Shown: positions 27,402 to 32,000 of the stretch, one piece after another | Layout of the letters: each line of letters opens with the position of its first letter | Position numbering within the stretch: the stretch's first letter is position 1 | Position numbers and translations under genes: made by a program | Notes under the pieces: model-generated | What the model was told of the DNA's origin: nothing | Databases searched by the model: none | The model's input: only the letters and a program-made list of their open reading frames with translations | Source of the DNA: Acidothermus cellulolyticus 11B | GTDB taxonomy: Bacteria; Actinomycetota; Actinomycetes; Acidothermales; Acidothermaceae | Assembly (NCBI RefSeq): GCF_000015025.1 | Contig: NC_008578.1 | Coordinates: forward strand, 1,980,001-2,012,000 | Reading direction: 5' to 3' | Length of the DNA: 32,000 bases

Positions 27402-28922
27402 GCCGGCCGCGCCGACACCACCTGCCGCGCCGCAACCACCCGGCTTCTCGGCCGGCTCAACCGAGGGTTCACCGACGGCCGGCCGCGCGGAAGCTGCGAA
27501 CGCGGCGAGAAATCGGCTGGGTTCACACTCCACCCTCTCGCCGGCGCGCTGCACCGAACGGGGATACGAGACGACCAGCATGCGACGCGCCCGGGTCACT
27601 CCGACGTACGCCAACCGCTGCTCCTCAGCAACAGCGTCCACGCTCAGCGCCCGGGCATCCGGGAGGATGCCGTCCGCCCAGCCGGGCAGGAAGACCACCT
27701 CCCACTCCAGACCCTTCGCCGCGTGCAGCGAGGCAATCGTCACCGCGCCCGCCGTCCGCGGGACGCCGGTGCGGGACGCCGTCGCAATCCGGACCGAGCG
27801 GATGCCCACCTCGTCGAAAGCGGCCGAAATGGGCTCGGCGAGAGCGTGTCGGCGTACCAACACCGCTATGTCATCAGGAGAGACACCGGAGGAGATGAGC
27901 TCGGCTACCGAGGCGGCGACGCCCTGCGCCTCAGCCTCCACCGTCGGATACGCAACGACGGTGGGCGAAACACCCGACCCGCGGACCGCAATCAGCGGAG
28001 TTCCGCCGGCCAGCCGGTGCGCCGCGGCAAGAATTTCTTGCGTCGAGCGGTAATTCCGGGTCAACGACACCATCGTCGCCTGCGGATAGCGCTCAGCGAA
28101 TTCAACGAGATACCGGTCGGTGGCGCCGGCAAAGCCGTAAATAGCCTGGCGCGGATCACCGACGACGCACACCTCCGTGCGCGAGCCGAGCCACGCGTCC
28201 AACAGACGTTGTTCCAGCGCATTCACATCCTGGTACTCATCGACGACAAAACATTGGTAACGGCCGCGCACCATTCGCACGGCTTCCGGTTCGGTTTCCA
28301 AAAGTGCGACCAATAGAAGAAGAACGTCTTCGAAGTCCAGGCAATGCGCGGCCGACTTCAAGGCTTCGTAACGATCGTAGAGCGCGGCGGTCTCGTCAGC
28401 AGGCTTGGCGGAGACACGTCCGTGACGACGCGCGAGCGCGGGGTAATTCTGCGGCGGGCACTGCAAGACTTTCGCCCACTCAAGGTCCGCCGCGACGTCG
28501 CGCACATCGAAATCCGACAGGCGGACGCCGAGCTGCCCGGCCGCCTGGGTAAGGAATGGTGTCTTGTCGGCCACGATCCGCGGAAATGCACCGCCGACGA
28601 GCCGCGGCCAGAAATACCGCAACTGCCGGAGCGCCACCGCGTGAAAGGTGCCGGTCGATACATCATCCACGCCGAGCATCCGAAGCCGGTGCCGCAGTTC
28701 GGCGGCCGCCCGGTTGGTGAACGTGACCGCCAGCACCTGCTGCGGCCGCCACTGTCCGCTCTGTACCGCATGGGCAATCCGGTGCGCGATCGTCCGGGTC
28801 TTGCCGGTACCGGGACCCGCAAGAATCCCGACCGGCCCCGGCATCGCCGTCACTGCAGCGCGCTGGTCGTCGTCCAACGCGGCAAGCACGTCCACACCGG
28901 AAACCGCCCGCGACACCGTCAC
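27390..28922 (-). CDS. uvrD2: UvrD/Rep-family (UvrD2-like) ATP-dependent DNA helicase, lacking the Cys4 and HRDC C-terminal modules
   Basis: Track ORF 27390..29057. The probable start is GTG 28922 (VTVSRAVSGVDVLAALDDDQRAAV), because the upstream Arg-rich 45 codons overlap the divergent mycoredoxin promoter. SF1 motifs are present (ILAGPGTGKTRT, VVDEYQDVN, LTRNYRST, LHAAKGLEWEVVF, YVGVTRAR). The whiB7-uvrD2-mycoredoxin order matches Rv3197A-Rv3198c-Rv3198A. Confidence 0.82.
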   Translation of the reverse strand: MTVSRAVSGVDVLAALDDDQRAAVTAMPGPVGILAGPGTGKTRTIAHRIAHAVQSGQWRPQQVLAVTFTNRAAAELRHRLRMLGVDDVSTGTFHAVALRQLRYFWPRLVGGAFPRIVADKTPFLTQAAGQLGVRLSDFDVRDVAADLEWAKVLQCPPQNYPALARRHGRVSAKPADETAALYDRYEALKSAAHCLDFEDVLLLLVALLETEPEAVRMVRGRYQCFVVDEYQDVNALEQRLLDAWLGSRTEVCVVGDPRQAIYGFAGATDRYLVEFAERYPQATMVSLTRNYRSTQEILAAAHRLAGGTPLIAVRGSGVSPTVVAYPTVEAEAQGVAASVAELISSGVSPDDIAVLVRRHALAEPISAAFDEVGIRSVRIATASRTGVPRTAGAVTIASLHAAKGLEWEVVFLPGWADGILPDARALSVDAVAEEQRLAYVGVTRARRMLVVSYPRSVQRAGERVECEPSRFLAAFAASARPAVGEPSVEPAEKPGGCGAAGGVGAAGPAS

Positions 28923-29132
28923 CCCGCCATCGTCGCAGGACGCCGACGGCCGGACACGTGCGCGCCCGCGACCGGATTCCGCCCGTGACAACCGTCCGGC
29001 CGCGGTCGGTGCGGAGAGACCCGGCCGCGCCCGGCGCCCTCGCCCAGCCGCTGGCAACGCGGGAAGAGTTCAGCGCCGGATCGTGTTGTCTCTGCTGATA
29101 CGTAACGTCTGATAACGATACGTGGAGTGGAC

Positions 29133-29402
29133 ATGCCCGACGGGACGACCGTGACAATCTTCACCACCCCGTGGTGCGGCTACTGCCGCCGGCTCAAGCG
29201 AGAGCTCGACGAACAGGGCATCCCGTACCAGGAGGTGAACATCGAGGCCGACCCGGAGGCTGCCGACCTCGTTGCGCGGGTCAACGGGGGAAACCAGACC
29301 GTGCCCACGGTGCTCTTCCCTGACGGGCGCACGTTGACCAACCCCCCGGCGTCCGCCGTCATCGCCCGGCTCGCCGACCTGCAGGCCACACCCCAGCGAT
29401 AG
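29133..29402 (+). CDS. Mycoredoxin / glutaredoxin-like protein (CGYC active site)
   Basis: ATG 29133 with GGAG 6 nt upstream (the track ORF starts at GTG 29127). The sequence is TIFTTPWCGYCRRLKRELDEQGIPYQEVNIEADPEAADLVARVNGGNQTVPTVLFPDG. Confidence 0.9.
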   Translation: MPDGTTVTIFTTPWCGYCRRLKRELDEQGIPYQEVNIEADPEAADLVARVNGGNQTVPTVLFPDGRTLTNPPASAVIARLADLQATPQR

Positions 29403-29403
29403 A

Positions 29404-29436
29404 GCCCACCGTCGCCCGCCCTGCGCGACGCTGGGC
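29404..29436 (+). terminator. Candidate factor-independent terminator hairpin (no U-tail) after the mycoredoxin gene
   Basis: GCCCAcCGTCGC (29404-29415) pairs with GCGACGcTGGGC (29425-29436), giving 11 bp with one mismatch and a 9-nt loop. It starts 2 nt after the stop codon. A related copy (cgcccgcccctgcgcgacgc, about 29476-29498) follows the convergent M20 gene. Confidence 0.35.
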
Positions 29437-29514
29437 CGGTGAACCGGCGTCCACGCGACGGTCAGCCTGCCGGCACGCCCGCCCCTGCGCGACGCGGGTC
29501 GGTATGACGTGCTG

Positions 29515-30924
29515 TCAGCGACGCACGACGTCGTCGCGGTGAGCGGCGAGATCGTCCCAGAGATAGCAGATCGCCTCCGCACCCTTGAGCAGCATCGGGA
29601 TGTGCGCGTGCTCGTCCGGGGCGTGGTAGCGGTCCGTCGGTAAACCGATGCCGAGGAAGACCAGCGGGGCGCCGAGAATCTCCGCGATGTCAGCCTCCGG
29701 GCCGGATCCCCCCTCACGGGTGAAGAAGACCTCCGCCCCGTCGAACGCGGCGGAGAGCGCGCGACACGTCGCCGCTACTGCAGGATGGTCCGCGGGAACC
29801 AGGTAGGGGCGCACGCCCGGGCCGAAGAACGTCACGGTGGCCGTGATACCCGCCGGCACATGCTCGGCGACGTACCGGCGCAACGCCTCCTGGACACTCG
29901 CGGGATCCTGATCGGCGACGAGCCGGAATGAGACCTTGGCGTGGGCATCCGTCGGAATGATCGTCTTGTGTCCGGGCCCGGTGTACCCACCCCAGATGCC
30001 GTGAATCTCACACGTCGGCCTGGTCCAGATGCGCTCCAGGGTGGAGAACCCGTCCTCGCCGTACGTGGCCCGACTTGCCGCCTGAGCCAGCCACGTCGAC
30101 TCGTCGAACGGCAAGCGGGAGATCATCTCCCGTTCCTGGGCGCTGATCGGACGGACGTGATCGTAGAAGCCGGGCAGCGTCACCTGGCCGTGATCGTCAT
30201 GCAGTCCGGCGAGGAGTCGGGCGAGCACGGTCAGCGGATTCGGGACGGCGCCGCCGAACGTGCCCGAATGCAGGTCGACGTCCGGGCCGTGCAGGTCGAT
30301 TTGGCAATCGGTGAGCCCGCGCATGCCGAGACAGACGCTCACGACTCCGGGCGCATACATGGCGCTGTCACTGACCACGATCACGTCCGGGGCCAGCCGG
30401 TCCCGGTGGGCACGAAGCAGCTCGGCGAATGTCGGTGAACCGGACTCCTCCTCCCCTTCGATGAGGAGCCGCAGGGTGACCGGGGGCTGCTGACGGCCGC
30501 TCGCGGCAAGGTTCGCCTGGAGTCCGAGGAGGTGACAGAGCACCTGCCCCTTGTCGTCCGAGGCCCCTCGACCCAGAATGCGATCATCAACGATGGCGGG
30601 TTCGAACGGGGCGAACGTCCACGCCTCCACCGGATCGACCGGCTGCACATCGTGGTGCCCGTACACCACGACGGTGGGTGCACCCGGATCCTCAGCCGGC
30701 CATTCGGCGAAGACGGCGGGCGCCCCGCTCGGCGCCGTCCAGACCTCCACCGTGGGGAACCCAGCGCTGCGCAATACTGCGGCAAGCCACTCCGCGCTGC
30801 GCCGAACGTCGTCCGCGTGTGCCGGATCCGTCCACACCGATGGGATGCGCAGCCACTCACCGAGTTGAGCGACGAAGGCGTCGCGTTGTTCAGCGAGATA
30901 CCGACGTACAGCTTCCCGGTCCAT
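29515..30924 (-). CDS. M20-family dipeptidase / metallohydrolase
   Basis: Track ORF. Motifs present are VVVYGHHDVQP, GRGASDDKG and LIEGEEESGS, with the typical M20 catalytic plus dimerisation domain layout. Confidence 0.9.
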   Translation of the reverse strand: MDREAVRRYLAEQRDAFVAQLGEWLRIPSVWTDPAHADDVRRSAEWLAAVLRSAGFPTVEVWTAPSGAPAVFAEWPAEDPGAPTVVVYGHHDVQPVDPVEAWTFAPFEPAIVDDRILGRGASDDKGQVLCHLLGLQANLAASGRQQPPVTLRLLIEGEEESGSPTFAELLRAHRDRLAPDVIVVSDSAMYAPGVVSVCLGMRGLTDCQIDLHGPDVDLHSGTFGGAVPNPLTVLARLLAGLHDDHGQVTLPGFYDHVRPISAQEREMISRLPFDESTWLAQAASRATYGEDGFSTLERIWTRPTCEIHGIWGGYTGPGHKTIIPTDAHAKVSFRLVADQDPASVQEALRRYVAEHVPAGITATVTFFGPGVRPYLVPADHPAVAATCRALSAAFDGAEVFFTREGGSGPEADIAEILGAPLVFLGIGLPTDRYHAPDEHAHIPMLLKGAEAICYLWDDLAAHRDDVVRR

Positions 30925-31014
30925 GGCGGCACTCTACGGGTCGCGCGACCGCCACCACGTCGCCGTATGACGGCTCGGCCGTGACCCGATGGCGAGCGTG
31001 CCCGGACGAGGGCA

Positions 31015-31082
31015 CGGTGCGTAACCGACGGGTACGGCGGGAAGCCGACGGTGCGTGACCGGCGGGCACGGCAGGAAGCCGA
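31015..31082. repeat. 34-bp tandem repeat x2 (30/34 identical)
   Basis: 31015-31048 is cggtgcgtaaccgacgggtacggcgggaagccga and 31049-31082 is cggtgcgtgaccggcgggcacggcaggaagccga. The repeat lies in the divergent intergenic region between the M20 and USP genes. Confidence 0.85.
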
Positions 31083-31208
31083 CGGCGCAGGGGCCGGTTC
31101 GCGCCAAGGCGGGCTGCAGCGTCGGGCCGGCTGGACCGCCGGTCGACGTCCGTACGAAGCCGAGGGAAGCCGCCCATTGTTCCCGCTGACAGGGGGCATC
31201 CTTGAGGC

Positions 31209-31703
31209 ATGGTGGAGCAGCTCATCGCAACGGGCGTTGACGACACCGCGCACGACGTCACCCAAACGGAGCCGGAACCGACGGCGACCGAGGCCCGGCG
31301 CAATCTCGTCGTCGTCGGCGTGGACGGGTCGGCGTGCAGCGCCAAGGCACTGGCGTGGGCCGAAGAGTACGCGAAAACCGTCGGCGCCGACCTCGCGCTT
31401 GTCATCGCGTGGCACTGGCCGACGGCGTACGGCGAGCCGATTCCGTTCGAGGACTTCACCCCGGAAGCCGACGCGGCCGAGGTGCTGCGCAAAGCAGCGG
31501 CGACGCTCACCCTGCCATCCGAACGGGTGCGGCTCGTCGTCCGCCAAGGAGCAGCCGGTGACGTTCTCGTCAAGGCAAGCGAATCCGCTCGGCTCCTTGT
31601 CGTCGGGTGCCGCGGCCACGGCAGCCTTCTCAAGCGGGTCATCGGATCGACAAGCATCTACTGCGCGCATCACGCGCACTGCCCGGTCGTCATCGTGCGC
31701 TGA
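31209..31703 (+). CDS. Universal stress protein (UspA family)
   Basis: Track ORF. The sequence is NLVVVGVDGSACSAKALAWAEEYAK...LLVVGCRGHGSLLKRVIGSTSIYCAHHAHCPVVIV. The N-terminal about 30 aa and the exact start are uncertain. Confidence 0.85.
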   Translation: MVEQLIATGVDDTAHDVTQTEPEPTATEARRNLVVVGVDGSACSAKALAWAEEYAKTVGADLALVIAWHWPTAYGEPIPFEDFTPEADAAEVLRKAAATLTLPSERVRLVVRQGAAGDVLVKASESARLLVVGCRGHGSLLKRVIGSTSIYCAHHAHCPVVIVR

Positions 31704-32000
31704 ACGGTGAACCGGAGCGGGGACGGCCGGCCAACGGCAGCGTCCGCGCCGCCAGCAACTCCATCAGGCCCCTCCGGTCAAGCAGGTCCGCCGGCGCATA
31801 ATCGCCGCCGTCCCGCAGGTAGCAGAACGTGGCGCGGACCCGTTCGAGCGGGACGCCGGAAAGCTCCGACCAGGCAAGCCGGTACGCGCCAAGCTGGACA
31901 GCCGCAGCCTCCGCGTACTCTCCGCGCGGACGGCGTCCCGTTTTCCAGTCCACGATGGTGAATCCACCGTCCGGGTCGGCAAACACGGCGTCCATCCGGC
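31690..32000 (-). CDS. C-terminal PD-(D/E)XK (RecB-like) nuclease domain of a helicase-nuclease (AdnA/AdnB or UvrD-nuclease type); gene continues beyond the right edge
   Basis: Track ORF 31690..31995. FTIVDWKTGRRPRGEYAEAAAVQLGAYRLAW matches the D-x-K ... QL.xY nuclease motifs found at the C-termini of actinobacterial helicase-nucleases. The open frame appears to reach the window edge, so the listed Met is probably internal. Confidence 0.65.
   Translation of the reverse strand, partial: RMDAVFADPDGGFTIVDWKTGRRPRGEYAEAAAVQLGAYRLAWSELSGVPLERVRATFCYLRDGGDYAPADLLDRRGLMELLAARTLPLAGRPRSGSPFSAR

Noticed and set aside
28923-29057. The N-terminal 45 codons of the helicase ORF (MPAAGRGRRARPGLSAPTAAGRLSRAESGRGRARVRPSASCDDGG).
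   Set aside because: The composition is Arg-rich and shadow-like, and it extends into the AT-richer divergent promoter of the mycoredoxin gene. SF1 helicases normally begin 10-25 residues before the Q-motif/Walker A region, which fits GTG 28922. The start remains uncertain.

Overview
High-GC (about two-thirds G+C by eye) actinobacterial chromosomal segment made almost entirely of conserved core genes. I saw no rRNA, tRNA, CRISPR array, transposase or integrase.

Gene order, left to right:
- Large NAD-glutamate dehydrogenase (minus strand, runs off the left edge, so it is absent from the ORF track), then pruA and a small acidic hypothetical that are translationally coupled to it.
- An orphan hairpin-type methyl-accepting chemotaxis protein (MCP).
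- A SAF(CpaB-like) plus Ssd/CpaE-like ATPase pair, an excisionase-type HTH gene, a hypothetical, and a LysM membrane protein with a predicted leaderless promoter.
- An apparently frameshifted Rv3235-family gene.
- The classic actinobacterial block, all on the minus strand: secA, NarL-type response regulator, hpf, comF, lpqB, mtrB, mtrA.
- A DUF45/HExxH metallopeptidase, then a 52-codon Cys4 zinc-ribbon gene that falls below the ORF-track size cutoff.
- A protein with a PqqD/RRE-like N-terminus fused to a ThiF/E1-like domain, then an ABC1/UbiB-type kinase.
- whiB7, a C-terminally short UvrD2-like helicase and mycoredoxin, in the same order as M. tuberculosis Rv3197-Rv3198A.
- An M20 dipeptidase, a universal stress protein, and the 3' end of a helicase-nuclease running off the right edge.

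Most of the long ORFs in the track that lie antisense to or off-frame from these genes are Arg/Pro/Gly-rich GC shadows. I do not see a convincing self-contained accessory system such as a defence island or mobile element.

The signals most worth follow-up are:
1. A dense cluster of eight DnaA-box-like TT[G/C]TCCACA motifs within about 0.8 kb around the zinc-ribbon gene, in the shared upstream region of the DUF45-mtrAB-lpqB genes.
2. The orphan RRE+E1-like (MccB/TOMM-docking-like architecture) protein beside the mini zinc-ribbon gene and a zincin gene, with no YcaO or precursor peptide gene visible.
3. A repeat-laden whiB7 leader next to a UvrD2 that lacks its Cys4/HRDC tail.
4. Several perfect tandem repeats that encode protein termini (HPF tail, MCP/Ssd stop codons).
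5. A frame change inside the Rv3235-family gene at a C5 homopolymer.
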